Positions 39,130 through 52,722 of a DNA stretch of 64,000 bases are shown piece after piece; the first letter of the stretch is position 1; each line of letters opens with the position of its first letter. The stretch is from positions 32,426,001-32,490,000 of the forward strand of contig OX597831.1 of NCBI GenBank assembly GCA_951406725.2. Reading direction: 5' to 3'. The position numbers were made by a program, and so were the translations under genes. This DNA comes from Octopus vulgaris (Eukaryota). The notes beneath the pieces are model-generated. The model was not told where the DNA came from and did not search any database. It worked only from the letters and a program-made list of their open reading frames with translations.

Positions 39130-40430
39130 TCCTCATCTTAATGTCATCTCTGTATTTTAACACAGTAACAAGCTTCAAGTTGGCATCTATTTCATTAATG
39201 TATGCAAGAAATAACAGGCCACCAGGAGCAGATCCCTGCAGGACACCAAGCTTTCATTGCTAAGGGTACAGAATGTTATCCTAGTACTATGGCTACCACT
39301 TTTCGATTGAGAATGAAGGACTTCAACCCAGTCATAAAGATCAGCCTTCATGCCCATTACAGAGAACTTCACTATGCGTCATGGGAATGGCATAGGATTA
39401 AAGACTTTAGTAAAGTTTAGATAGATAACATCAATCCATGAGCCAGCATCAGTGATTCAAGTGATGTTTCAAGAAATCCTATGAGTTGGCCACACCAGCT
39501 GGAGTTTGTGATAAATCCAAATTGTGATGGTCAAATAAAGTTACGAAACTTCCAGAAGTTTTAAGGGGTCTCTCTAACTCAGAACTCCACCAATTTGGCA
39601 ATACAGCTGGTAATTGACAGGTGATGTGTGGTTACACTTTTTGAACAGGTGAATAACACTGGCAATTTTCCACTGATCTGGGCTGACACAGTTATTAAAG
39701 CCAAACTGTGAGAATAGTTAAAGTTGGTGCAGTAGTAAGATGATCTCACATTTGAGAAGCATATGAGTAAGACCAGCAAGATTAGAGGAAGCAGCATAAA
39801 AAGCACCAATCATGACAGATGCCAATACCCCCGTACTGGTTCCTGTACTGGTGGCATGTAAAAAGCACTATCTGAATGTGATCATTGCCAGGCCCACCTC
39901 ACTGGCTCCTGTGCCGGTGCCATGTAAAAAGCACCCACTACATTCTTGGAGTGGTTGGCGTTAGGAAGGGCATTCAGCTGTAGAAACTCTGCTAGACCTC
40001 AGTCAAACCGTCCAACCCATGCCAGCATGGAAAACGGACCTTAATCGATGATGATCGTTGCACATAGGCTTGAGTTGGCGGGGGGTCACTGCTTTGCAGA
40101 AATAAATTCAACAGATGCTATAGAATTTGATCTCAGTAGCAGTGAAGACTTGAATTTTCAACAGAAAAAACACCATTATGAGTTTTGTGCAATCTTTGGG
40201 GGCCATCAGTAATGTGACCCATGTTGGGATTGTGGAGAGAGCTGATGGGAAAGTGAGGACCCTGTTTTGAATGCACATATTCCTGCAGTGTTTTACTATT
40301 TTGGGTTGGTTGCTTGCTATATGTAGTTCAAATTTAAGAACTGCTCTTTTAGTCATCTTTTTAGTTACCTGTTTAATTTTCCTGTGGCTGTATCAGGGTT
40401 TAATGCGTAACTAATGATAGCCCCACCCTG
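39130..40430 (-). mobile_element. old CR1/L2-like LINE RT remnant, interrupted by an RTE tail (39820-40055)
   Basis: LDFTKVF..., GMKADLYDWV and YINE motifs appear in broken frames. Confidence 0.6.
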
Positions 40431-41599
40431 CCTTGTCTCTTTCCTTTGCTGATGTTTTTGTTTGTTCTGTTTGTTGTTTTGTGTCATCATCACCATCATC
40501 ATCATTATCGTTATTTTAATGTTCACTTTTCCATCTTGGCATGGGTGTGATGAAATTTATTGAGGCAGATTTTCTATGCCTGGATGCCCTTCCTGATACT
40601 GACCTCCTCCTGTTTCCAAGCAAGACAATATATTTCCCATGGACCAACATGTTCTCACAGGATACTGGAAGTGAATGACTCTGCTTGTATAACAGTGTCA
40701 ATCATTTACAGCTATCATGTGATGCCAAGACAAAGAGGTGCAAACATGTTAACACAGACACACACATGCATTTTAATATACAACGGGCTTCCTTCAGTTT
40801 CCATCTACCACATCCATCCACAAGGCTTTGGTCAGTCTTTGGCTATAGTACAGGACACACACACACACACACATTTTAATATACAACAGGCTTCTTTCAG
40901 TTTCCATCTACCACATCCACCCCAAGGCTTTGGGCAGTCCTTGGCTATAATAGAAGACACCTTCTCAATATGCTATGCAGTGGGGTTGAACCTGAAACCA
41001 AGTGGTTAGGAAGCAAACTTCTTGACCACACAGCTGTGCCTCCTCCTGTGTGAATGTGTGCCTATTTATATTTCACCCCACCCACTCCCTCAATCCCTTC
41101 TTGTATTCAAATTCTCCTCAAATTTCTGTAATTCCTCGTTAGGTGATATGGTTGATTGACCGTTCTCACTTGTAGCCACATACTTTTAGTTGTTTCTTTG
41201 TCTCCCTGTCACAGCTGAACGATCTCTCTGTGTAACCGCTCTCCTTCAGCAGGGCTTTAAGTGCAATTAGACAAAGCTCCCTTCCTCAGAGAAAGGGCTA
41301 TGAGGTGAGGTGGTGGTGGTGGCGGTGGGGAGTGTAGAATTAACATTTGCTATTAATCTAGAGTTTGGTTATGTCACAGGGTAGATGTAGAAAGTGAAAC
41401 AAAACATGAGAGACTGTTTATCATGAAATATAAACAACGCTGGTGCCCCAGCATGGCCTCAGCTCATGAGCTGAAACTAGATGAAATATAAAGAAAATAA
41501 TAAAAAAGCTTTCATCTTTTGTTTTATTCTCTCTCTTTGTTATTTTATATTTTATATGAAATATAGAGGGAGAAAGAGAGAGAGAGGGAATAAATAACT

Positions 41600-41905
41600 G
41601 GCACTTTGTTGATTACAACAACGAGGGTTCCAGCCGATACAATCCACGGAACAAACAGCCTGCTCATGAAATTGATGTGCAAGTGGCTGAGCACTCCACA
41701 GACACATGTACCCTTAACGTCGTTCTCGGGGAAATTCAGAGTGGCACAGAATGTGACAAGGCTGGCTACTTTGAATTACAGGTACAACTCATTTTTGCCA
41801 GCTGAATAGACTGGAGCAACACGAAGTAAAGAGTCTTGCTCAAAGATGCAACACCACCAGGAATTGATCTCATGGTCTTTGCTTACCACTAAGCCACACA
41901 CCTTC
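41600..41905 (-). mobile_element. tRNA-headed SINE family C
   Basis: Head gtgtggcttagtggtaag on the minus strand. Body is related to 31270-31420. Confidence 0.55.
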
Positions 41906-43109
41906 AAAAGAATATACAGAAAGACAAATAAATCCAAGTTGGATTAATACTTATGTTTTATCTGGAGTACAAAGTACAGAAGAAAATAAGGAAAACAAGA
42001 GCTCTCAGAAAGCGCAAACCTCCGCCAAGGCAGTACCAACGTCTTTTCAATAATTAGCCAGAGATGATTTGTAAAATGAGAATATCTGAAATAAAGTCGA
42101 CTGCTCTCACAAATGAGAATACTAAAAGTAAAACCGACAACTCTCAAAAATTTAGTAAAAAACTTGGAAAAATAATCCAGAGTCTTTTCCGGTACCGGAT
42201 TGATCCCAAAATATAATCAGTTCATGCCAGTCACAAGGCCAAGCATCCCTGAAAGTTTCATGCGAATCCATCCAGCGGTTCTTGAGATATCTTGTCCATG
42301 GACAAACTATCAAACATACACAACTGAAAACAATACCTCTGCCTTCGTTAAGACAAAGATAATAATTCTAAAATCTGCCTTCCTACTTCCAAACCAGCTC
42401 AAAATGGATTAGTGTTAGAGATGACTTCTTTCTGCCCCAGAGGCTTTGGAATTCTTATTTATCTGAGCAGTATTCTGTGGATATCTATACCAAACTCACT
42501 TTGTGCTCTCCACTGCACTATATACTCAGTAATTTGAATGTGGCCATGCTGCAGCACCGCCTTTAGTCGAACAAATCAACCCCAGGACTTATTCTTAGTA
42601 AGCCTAGTACTTATTCTATCGGTTCCTTTTGCTGAACTGCTAAGCACACCAACATCGGTTGTCAAGCGATGTTGGGGGGACAAACATACACACACACACA
42701 TATATGATGGGCTTCTTTCAGTTTCCGTCTACCAAATCCACTCACAAGGCTTTGGTCGACCCGAGGCTATAGTAAAAGACACTTGCCCAAGGTGCCACGC
42801 AGTTGGACAGAACCCGGCACCATGTGGTTGTGAAGCAAGCTTCTTACCACACAGCCACTCCTGCTCCTATCATCATCATCATCATCATTATTTATTGTCT
42901 GTTTTGGCATGTTTTCTATGGCTGGATGCCCCTCCTAATACCAACCACTTTCCAGGATGTACTGGAAGCTTTTTACATGGCACCAGCATACCATATATCT
43001 ATGTATTAATGTTTGTTTTTAGGTTATAATGAAACAATTTTACATTCAACAGAAAGATTACTCAATATTCTTGGTGTGAATTTATTATTCTTTAACAAGA
43101 ATAGTCTTA

Positions 43110-43154
43110 ACTGTTACTTTGAAGTTTCAGCCAGCTAAGCTGTCATCAGACAAT
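43110..43154 (-). ncRNA. type I hammerhead motif in a small degenerate fold-back (43085-43212)
   Basis: Minus strand attgt CTGATGA c agct-tagct-ggct GAAA cttcaaag TA acagt. Confidence 0.65.
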
Positions 43155-43214
43155 CCAATGATGGCTTAACTGGCTAAAACTTCAGCAACACTGTCATTCT
43201 TGTTAAAGAATTAT

Positions 43215-43418
43215 ATTCTTTTCTACTCTAGGCAGAAACCTGAAATTTTGGGGGAGGGGGCCAGTCGATTAGTACGCAATTGGTACTTAATTTATTGACC
43301 CTGAAAGGATGAAAGGCAAAATTGACCCTGGCAGAATTTGAACTCAGAACATAAAGACAGACGAAATACTGCTAAGCATTTTGCCTGGCATGCTAATGTT
43401 TCTGCCAGCTTGCTGCCT
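43215..43418 (-). mobile_element. SINE family B with 15-bp TSD
   Basis: ttgttaaagaattat at 43200-43214 and 43419-43433. Confidence 0.85.
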
Positions 43419-43434
43419 TTGTTAAAGAATTATG

Positions 43435-43825
43435 TTGTGGCTGTGTGGTAAGAAGCTTGCTTCCCAACCACATGGTTTCAGGTTCAGTCCCACTGTGTGG
43501 CACCTTGGGCAAAGCTATAGTAGAAGACTACTATAGCCTTGGGCTGGCCAAAGCCTTGTAAGTAGGTGTAGATTTGGTAGAGGGAAACTGAAAGAAGCCC
43601 ATTGTGTATGTATGTGTGTGTGTTTGTGTTTGTCCCTCATTACCACTTGTCAACCAGTGTTGGTGTGTTTATGTCCCTGTAACTTAGCAATTTGGTAAAA
43701 AGGGATAATAGAATATGTGCCAGGCTTTAAAAAAAAGTATTGGGGTTGATTTATTTGACTAAAAGATTCTTTGAGGTTGTGCTCCAGCATGGCCACAGCC
43801 TAATGACTGAAACAGGATAAAAGAT
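43435..43825 (+). mobile_element. SINE family A
   Basis: Near full length, CpG-decayed copy. Confidence 0.85.
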
Positions 43826-44785
43826 GTGTGTGTGTGTGTGTGTGAGGCCATCACTTTATATCTACTTTTCTATGCTGGCATGGCTTGGATGTGTCATTTC
43901 CAACACAACTGTCCACGTTTGAGTCAGGCCAGGAGTCTCTAGTGGCACAATACAATGAGATGACTGCATCACATTTTGTATTCCATCACCTGTGGATGCA
44001 AATGGCTTAGTGGGTAAGGGTGTTGGATTCATGGCCATAAGATTGTTGTTTCGATTCCTGGACTGGGAAACACATTACATTGCGTTCTTGAGCAAGACAC
44101 TTCATTTCATGTTGATGCAGTCCACTCAGCTGGCAAAAATGAGTAAACCTGCGACAAACCATTATCCTGTTTAGGGGTAAGTAGATACACAGGAGAATCC
44201 AGGAAACTGACCCTTTGAGTCCATATGACGTACTCTCTCTTCTACTTGTTTCAGTCATTTGACTGTGACCATCCTGGAGCACCGCCTTTTAGTCGAACAA
44301 ATCAACCCCAGGACTTATTCTTTGTAAGCCTATTACTTATTTTATTGGTCTCTTTTGCTGAACTGCTAAGTTACAGGGATATAAACACACCAACATTTGT
44401 TGTTTAGTGATGATGCGGGGGACAAAAACAGACACACAAACACATATACACACACCTATGTACATACGACGGGCTACCTTCAGTTTCTCTCTACCAAATC
44501 CACCCACAAGGTCTTGGTGAACCTAAAACTAAACTTGAAGACACTTGCCCAAGGTGCCATGCAGTGGGACTGAATCTGGAACCATGTCATTGGGAAGCAA
44601 GCTTCTTACCACACAGCCACAACTGTTCAGATCTTTTTTTTAATCCTTTATTCCATCCCTTAGTTCCTCTTAACAAAAGGGACCCACAAGACAGAAAGCA
44701 TTTGAATTCAAAGAATTCTTTTACTCTGATTAATTTCCATCATCTCCATGCTCAACAATCCCTATTTATTCCTCTTCTAGATGTA

Positions 44786-45323
44786 TGAGGGTGAGTCAAA
44801 AAGTATTGCCATTTTGTTTAGGACAGGTATTATTACCAACACAGGAACAAAATGAAACGGGTCCTCTGTTGATCACATCCCTACTTCTCAACATAGTTAC
44901 TGTTTCTCTCAATAGCAATGTTCCACCTTCGAATGGGAGCATGTATCCCTGCCCCATAAAATTCTGTTCACTGATCTTTGAGCCACTTCTTCACTACAGT
45001 TTTCACTTCCACGTCACTGGAATAATGTTTGCCTCTCAAACCCTCTTTCATGGCGCTGAGGAGATGATAGTCTGAAGGCGCTAAATCTGGTGAGCGTGAA
45101 GGTAGTGAAGAAGTGGCTCAAAGAACAGTCAACGTAATTTTACGGGGCAGGGATACATGCTCTCATTCAAAGGTGGAACATTGCTATTGAGAGAAATGGT
45201 GACTATGTTGAGAAGTAGGGATGTGATCCACAGAAGATCGGCTTCATTTTGATGTATGATACATGTTCCTGTGTTGGTAATTATACCTGCCCTAAACAAA
45301 ATGGCATTACTTTTTGACTCTCA
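44786..45323. mobile_element. mariner-derived fold-back MITE built from two 3' ends
   Basis: ~215-bp inverted arms and TA flanks. An arm encodes ...GIHALIQRWNIAIERNGDYVEK*. Confidence 0.85.
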
Positions 45324-45971
45324 TACATTCCTGACAAATTCCATCACTCCTCAGGTGGGATTCTTACTCATTCATTCACCAATATCTCTGTAACCCTGTC
45401 CACATCCTTATAAATAATTAATGGCCTTATTGTAGGCTCATCTGTCTTTCCAACAAGCCTTGTCTTTGTTACTTACAACCCTTCTCACAAGGCTAGCTTT
45501 GTGTGGGCACCAGGTTAGTCACCGACGATAACCCGACTGAGCAACAGGTTGTTGTTTGATTGTGGTTACAGTGGTACTCTTTGTGATCCGACAAGAAATG
45601 GGGGAGTGGTGATGGGGAAGGCGAGGGTGTGTGTGCGTGTGAACTTGGAAGTTTGATGATAATGAAGGAAACGGGGACCATGCTGGTGGCGTGATGGTGA
45701 CTACGGTGAGAATGACACTTGTGTGTAGGAAAAAATGTTCTGCTGCTACCATTCACTACTACTGCAGCTCTTGATGGTGATGATGATGATGCCATTCACC
45801 ACCACTGCCGCCGTTACTACTACTACTATTGCTGCTGCTGTTGATAGTGATGGTGATTCCATTCGCCACCACCACCGCCGCCACTACTACTACTACTATT
45901 ACTACTACTACTACTACTACTACTGCTGCTGCTGTTGATAGTGATGATGATTCCATTCTCCACTGCTGCTG

Positions 45972-46002
<31 letters not shown>

Positions 46003-46013
46003 CGCCGCCATGG

Positions 46014-46386
46014 CAGTGTTTCCCAAACGCTGCGGCCGGAATGATTGAAAGACAAATATTTAGAAACAGTTTCCAAAAAAAAAAAATCCGGATTCCAAAA
46101 ATAAATATGATTTCAAAATTTAAAACATTATTATGGATTACTTGTAAAAGCATGCTTTAGTCCCTGCATAAACAGTTATAAAAATGATTATTGGCCGATT
46201 TTATCATTGTAATATTTTTGCCTTTTATCCTCCGCAAATAGGAGGAGAGAGTTATCAAAGATTAAAAGTCCTGACTTTGAATCTATGGTTATCTCCCTTT
46301 AACCCACCCTCTGGACCTTTGGTTGAGTGCTAGCAAAATTTCATTGCGAAAATGCGACCCAGAGAAGAACATTTTGGGAACCGCTG
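46014..46386. mobile_element. hAT/Charlie-like MITE
   Basis: TIRs cagtgtttcccaaa / tttgggaaccgctg. Confidence 0.6.
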
Positions 46387-46769
46387 GGCTATAGTGATGC
46401 CGCTGAACGATAAATTATATACCGTCATGTGATACCTATTTACAAGGTGGATTTGGCCATTTGCTAGTTAAGTTTAAAAAAAAAAAAAAGGACTAAGAAA
46501 AAGTCGACTATCGCTCCTGCTATCATCTTACTGAGACCACCACCTCTTCTTAGGAATTTCTGTCATTCTCCGATATCACAAAATTATTTTTAAACGTTCG
46601 TTGAGTTTTGTGTAGTAAGGGAGATAAATGTGTATTAGTATATGTGGAGTTATCTTTCTTCCTTCAAATATTTTTATATTCCATTTTTTTTCTTAGTGTG
46701 TTTTAAAAGTTAAATAATTTGACGTATTTTAAAATAATTAATAATAATGAAATTATTGTATCCAGTGTT

Positions 46770-47000
46770 CAGGTGCACCACAACTTGTCAAAAGTGCGTA
46801 TAAAGCATATGCAGTAATGTACAAATGTCTGGGAAAGTGAACAGTGTATGAGTCAGATATATGTTTGCGTGTGTATGGAGAGGAGAAAATCAGGTGTAGC
46901 GTTGGCGAATCTCAGGAAGCATGGAAGTTTTGAAGGATGCAGTGCTCCGACAACTAACAACTGATGCCGGCAGTTTGTTCCATGCTTCAGCAACTCTTAG
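46770..47000 (-). mobile_element. CR1/L2-like LINE 3' end
   Basis: Minus frame LRVAEAWNKLPASVV...SFK. Confidence 0.65.
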
Positions 47001-47330
47001 TATGTGTTCCATGCTTCAGTTTTAGGAGAAACTTCGGACTTTCTGATCTCCAGCCTCCTTGTGCCTTCAAGAGGCTGTAATCACCGAAATTGTTGTGTCT
47101 AAGCAATAAAAGATCGGCTAATCGCATAATTGTTCTGTTGCGTGTCAGAGAACTCTGGAAACATTGAAAGGCAAAACTGTCACCCTCCTCTCTGTTTTTG
47201 TTTCCTCATAACTTTTTTTTAAATGGGTGTTTTTTAATGAAATTTTCAACAACTGTCAGAATGATGTAGACACCTAATGAAAACCCAATAATCTTTGAAA
47301 ATCGATTAAGTTTGTTCACCATTTCTTTTA

Positions 47331-48160
47331 TAGGCGTAGGAGTGGCTGTGTGGTAAGTAGCTTGCTTACCAACCATATGGTTTCGGGTTCAGTCCCACTG
47401 CGTGGCACCTTGGGCAAGTGTCTTCTACTATAGCCGCGGGCTGACCAAAGCCTTGTGAGTGAATTTGGTAGACGGAAACTGAAAGACGCCCGTCGTATAT
47501 ATGTATATGTCCCCCCCCCCTCAACATCGCTGGTGTGTTTACGTCTCCATAATTTAGCAGTTCGCCAAAAGAGACTGATAGAATAAGTACTAGGCTTACA
47601 AAGAATAAGTCCTGGGGTTGATTTGCTTGAAAGGCGGTGCTCCAGCATGGCCACAGTCAAATGACTGAAACAAGTAAAGGAGTAAATACATTTCAAATGG
47701 TGCAGAGTGCGATTACATTGGATTTTGATACAAATAATTTTTTTTTTTTCGGGGCTGTCGTTGTACCAATCATAGGCCGAGGTGTAGTAGTGTGGTGAGA
47801 AATTTGTTTCTCATCCACATGGTTCCAGGTTCAGTTCCACTCTGTGGCATCTTGAGAAAGTGTCTTCCACTATAGCTACGGGCTGATCAAAACTTTGTGA
47901 GTGGATTTGGTTGATGGAAACTGAAAGAAGCCCACCGTATATAAATGTGTGTGTCTTTGTGTCTGTGTTTGTCTATCACCACTGCTTGACAATCGGTGCT
48001 GGTTTGTTTACGTCCTCATAACCTAGCAGTTTGGTATAAGAGACTCTTTGAGTAAGTACCAGGCTTAAAAAAAGGAAGTGGTGGAGTTGATTTGTTTGAC
48101 TAAAATTCTTCAAGGCGGTGCCCCAGCATGGCCACGAACTAATGACTAAAAAAGTGAAAG
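47331..48160 (+). mobile_element. two consecutive SINE family A copies
   Basis: Copies at 47331-47680 and ~47780-48160. Confidence 0.85.
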
Positions 48161-48399
48161 ACATTGGTTGTTAAGTGATGGTGTGGGGGACAAAAACAGA
48201 CACACAAACACATATACACATCTATGTATATACGATGGGCTACCTTCAGTTTCTCTCTACCAAATCCATTCACAAGGCCTTTGTGAACCTGAAACTAAAC
48301 TTGAAGATACTTGCCCAAGGTGCCATGCAGTGGGACTGAATCTGAAACCATGTCATTGGGAAGCAAGCTTCTCATTTTAGCATTCGGATTACTCTGACA

Positions 48400-50527
48400 A
48401 ATGTTATAAACACCACTATGAAAGGTTGCTAAATGTTGGCCCAACTGAGGGACCAGCTATCTGAATTAGCAGTACCTTGGTAGAAAAAGCAATTAAGGAT
48501 GTGAAGACAGGGAAAGCCTCCAGCCCATCAGGAATCATCGCAAAGATGCTTAAAATATCTGGTGGTGTCAGCTATAGCCTAGTCACCTGTAGAGTCAATC
48601 AGGTGATACACGAAGGGGTCATACCCAATGACTGGTGTAGCAGCACCTTAGTAAACTGCTATGAAGGTAAAGGTGACACTTTAGATAGAAATAATTACAG
48701 AGGTATCAAATTGATGAATCAGGTGATGAAAGTCATGGAGAGGGTCATAACCCAACTAATTAGGGAGAGAGTTAGTTTAGACGAGATGCAGTTTGGGTTT
48801 GTGCCAGGGGGAAGCACCACTGATGCTATATTTCTGGTAAGACAGCTGCAGGAGAAATTCTGAGCCAAAGATAAACCTCTGGACTTAGTTTTTGATGACA
48901 TAGAGAAAGCCTTTGACAGGCACCCACTCTGATCCCTTATCTGGTGGTCAATGTGGAAACTAGGGATAGATGAGCGGTTGGTGAGAGCTGCACAAGCCAT
49001 GTACAGGGATGCTGTCAGTAAGGAGAGGGTTAATAATGACTATAGCAATGAATTCAGGGTACAAGTAGAGGTTCACCAAGGATCAATCCTCAGACTCCTC
49101 TTGTTAATCACAGTCCTCCAGGCAATAACAGAGAATCGAAGGGCCTTAGAGTCAATCTAGCAAAAACCGAAGTCATAGCAAGTAGGAAGGCAGACAAATC
49201 ACAAACCCCTTCAGGTAGATGGCCCTGCTCGATCTGCAGAAAAGGCATAGGTAAAAACTCCATAAGATGTATCCAGTGTAAACTATGAACAAATAAGAGA
49301 TGTGGCAATATCAGAGGAATGTTAATAGGGAGAATAGTTTTTGTGTGTAGCAGATGCACAGGGACAATAAACACCGAAGATGTACAGAAAACAGATTCCA
49401 TCACATGTCAGGGGGAAAAGTTTGAAGTAGCTTCCATTACCTAGGCGACCAGGTCAGTAGTGGGAGTGGATGCTCTGAGAGCATAGCTGCTAGAATAAGG
49501 ATAGCCTGAACAAAGTTCAGAGAGCTGGTAACAAAGGGCCTCTCACTCAGGTTGAAAGGTAGACTGTATGATGCATGCATGTGAACAGCCTGCTACATGG
49601 CAGTGAAACATGAGCCATGATAGTTGAGGAGATACATAGATTTGAAAGAAATGAAGCTAGTATGCTCTGCTGGATGTGTAATGTCAGTGTGCATACATGA
49701 AAGAGTGTAAGTTCCTCGAGAGAAAAGTTGGGCATAAGAAGCATCAGATGTGGTGCGCAAGAGAGACGACTGCACTGGTATGGTCATGTGATTCATATGG
49801 ATGAGGACAGTTGTGTAAAGAAGTTCCTATCTCTAACTGTGGTTGGAACTTGTGGAAGAAGTAGACCCAGGAAGACATGGGATGAGGTGGTGAAGTGCGA
49901 TCTCTGGATGCTGGGCCTCACAAAGGCAATGACAAGTGACCAAGACCTTTGGAGATATGCTGTGCTTGAGAAGACCTGTCAGGCTAAGTGAGATCATAGT
50001 CATGGCCGATGCCTGTGTCTTGTAAACTGACCCATTAAAAGCTGCCTTCAAACATTGGGGGATATGCTGTGCTTGTGAAGACCTGTCAGGCTAAGTGAGA
50101 TCATAGTCGTGGCCGATGCCTGTATCATGTAAACTGACCCTTTAAAAGCTGCCTTCAAACATTGGGGGATATGCTGTGCTTGTGAAAACCTGTTGAGCTG
50201 AGTGACATTGTAGTCGTGGCAGATGCCAGTGCCATCTGACTGGCATCCGTGCCAGTGGTGTGTAAAAAGCACCATTCAAGTGTTGGGCCTGTATAGACCT
50301 GTTAAGCCATGTGAAACCATAGTAGTGGCCGAAGCTGGTGTCAGGTGTCAATGGTATGTAAAAAACACCCACTACACTCTCAGAGTGGTTGGTGTTAGGA
50401 AGAGCATCCAGCTGTAGAAACCATGCTAAATCAGATCGGAACCTGGTGCACCCCGCCTGGCTTACTAGTCTTTCAGACCGTCCATCCTGTGCCAGCATGG
50501 AAAGCGGATGCTAAATGATGATGATGA
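48400..50527 (+). mobile_element. 5'-truncated decayed RTE-type LINE (RT with PHD-like finger, 3' UTR, (GAT)n tail)
   Basis: NYRGIKL, QFGFVPGGSTTDAIF, DIEKAFD, HQGS, VNLAKT, RRLHWYGHV and RPRKTW motifs, with stops and frameshifts. The YADD region is deleted near 49133. Confidence 0.93.
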
Positions 50528-50842
50528 TTGTTTTGGGTAAATCCATTATCTCACAACTTCTAGATTTCAATGCTGCGATTGTTTATTTTAGAATGACAGT
50601 GTAAGAGGCTCTGGCCAGTTTGAACATAAAACAGGGATAATATTTGGGCCAAATATGGTTGGTTTAAATGCTAAAGTGCATTGGTTAAGTACCAATGCAT
50701 GAAACTCATGGCCTTTGAGTCACTCTGTAACTTTTTATTGCATAGTGAAACTGTATACCCCTCCTGGTAAAAAGTGGTAGGAGCCAGCCATTATAAACAG
50801 ACCAGTAGCCAGTCGTTGAAAAGTTGAGAGTCACCCAGAATG

Positions 50843-51750
50843 AAAGGTAGACTGTATGATGCACGTGTGTGAACTGCCATGCTACACGGCAGTGAAACAT
50901 GGGCCATGACTGCTGAGGATATGCGTAGGCTTGAAAGAAATGAAGCTAGTATGATTCACTGGATGTGTAATGTCAGTGTGTATACACAGCAGAGTGTAAG
51001 CACCCTGAAAGAAAAGTTGGGCATAGGAAGCATCAAACGTGGTGTGCAAGAGAGATGACTGCGCTGGTATGGTCATGTGTTATGTATGGATGAGGACAGC
51101 TGTGTGAGGAAGTGCCACTCCCTAACTGTGGAAGGAACCTGTGGGAGAGGTAGACCCAGGAAGACATGGGATGAGGGGGTGAAACATGACCTGTGAACAT
51201 TGGGTCTCACACATAGATAATGACAGAAGACCAAGACCTTTGGAGATATGCTGTGATTGAGAAGACATGGCAACTAAAGTGAGATCATAGCCATGGCTGA
51301 TGTCAGTGTTGCATGTTCAACCCATTTAAGAGTACCCCTGATGTGCCAGGTGATACGATATGCTTGAGAAGACCTGTTGAGTCAAGTAAAACCAATATCG
51401 TAGCTGTGACCAGTGCCCACTGACTGGCTCTTGTGCTGGTGGCACATAAAAAGCACTATACGGATGTGGTTGATGCTAGATCTGCCTGACTGGCTCCCGT
51501 GCTGGTGGCATGTAAAAAGCACCATCTGAACGTGGTTAATACCTGGACTATCTGACCGGCCCCCATGCTGGTGGCATGTAAAAAGCACCCACTACACTCT
51601 TGGAGTGGTTGGCGTTAGGAAAGGCATCCAGCTGTAGAAACAAAACCAGGTCAGACTTGAGCCTGGTGCAGCTGCTGGCTCTCCAGACCTCAGAGAAACC
51701 GTCCAACCCATGCCAGCATGGAAAACGGACGTTAAACGATGATGATGGTG
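50843..51750 (+). mobile_element. RTE LINE 3' fragment
   Basis: Parallel to 49553-50527. Confidence 0.88.
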
Positions 51751-52181
51751 ATAATGAATCCACTTGCATGACTTTAGTTGGCCCGGATGGTGCTATAGTA
51801 GAAGACACTTGCCAAGGTATTGTGCTGTGGGACTGAACCTGAGACCACATGTGAAGGAAGCAAGTTTCTTAACCCCACAGCCACACCTGTACATATGATG
51901 TGTAAAAACCTTGAAGTCAGGTGAAACAGGGTTGCTAGCCATTTAGGATGGGTGTGGTAGAGACGATAAGTAAACAGAATAGTGGTGAGGAAAAAAGAAA
52001 TAAAAAATGAAAACAGAAAAGACTGGATAAAAACAAAAAACAAAACAAAGAAAAATCTGACCTGGATTTAGAAAAGAAATAAAACCAGTTGTGTGACTGG
52101 TTCCACAACATATTTCTCGTATGAATAAAGTTTGCTCTTAATTATCATTATCGTTATGATCAATGTCGTTACTGTTGCTCT

Positions 52182-52214
<33 letters not shown>

Positions 52215-52249
52215 CAGCAGCAGCAGCAGCAGCAGTGGCGGCGGCGGCG

Positions 52250-52292
<43 letters not shown>

Positions 52293-52722
52293 CAGCTTAA
52301 ATGACATATTATGTTTTAGTTTCTGAGTTCAATATCTACTGGTGGTGGTGGTCGTGATGGTGGGTTTGCCCTTCCTCCATTGGGGTGTAAGTGACTCAAG
52401 GACTCAGAGCTAAGGTAATCAATGCTGCTCTTCCTTCAAAGAAAAAAGAAATCCATGGCCTTGTAGCAGTGTGACGCATTGGCAGAATTGTTTGAGCATC
52501 GGACAAAATGCCTTGTGGTTTTTGTTCTGGTTTGATATGTTCTGAGTTCAAATCCTGCTGAGGTCAATTTTGCCTTTTATCCTTTCAGGATTAATGAAAT
52601 AAAAACCAGTCAAGTACTGGGCTCACTAATTTATATATATATCACTAATATAATTGTTAAAGAGGATAACAAAAGTCAAGGCAAGGCAAACATCTCAAGT
52701 CATTGTTATTATTATTATTATT

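Noticed and set aside
40172-40270. VGIVERADGK resembling a Merlin transposase motif
   Set aside because: Only a 30-codon frame, lying antisense within a CR1-like remnant. Likely chance.
45493-46044. His/Pro/Ser/Thr-rich ORFs
   Set aside because: Partly trinucleotide repeat, with no recognisable domain or convincing splice pair.
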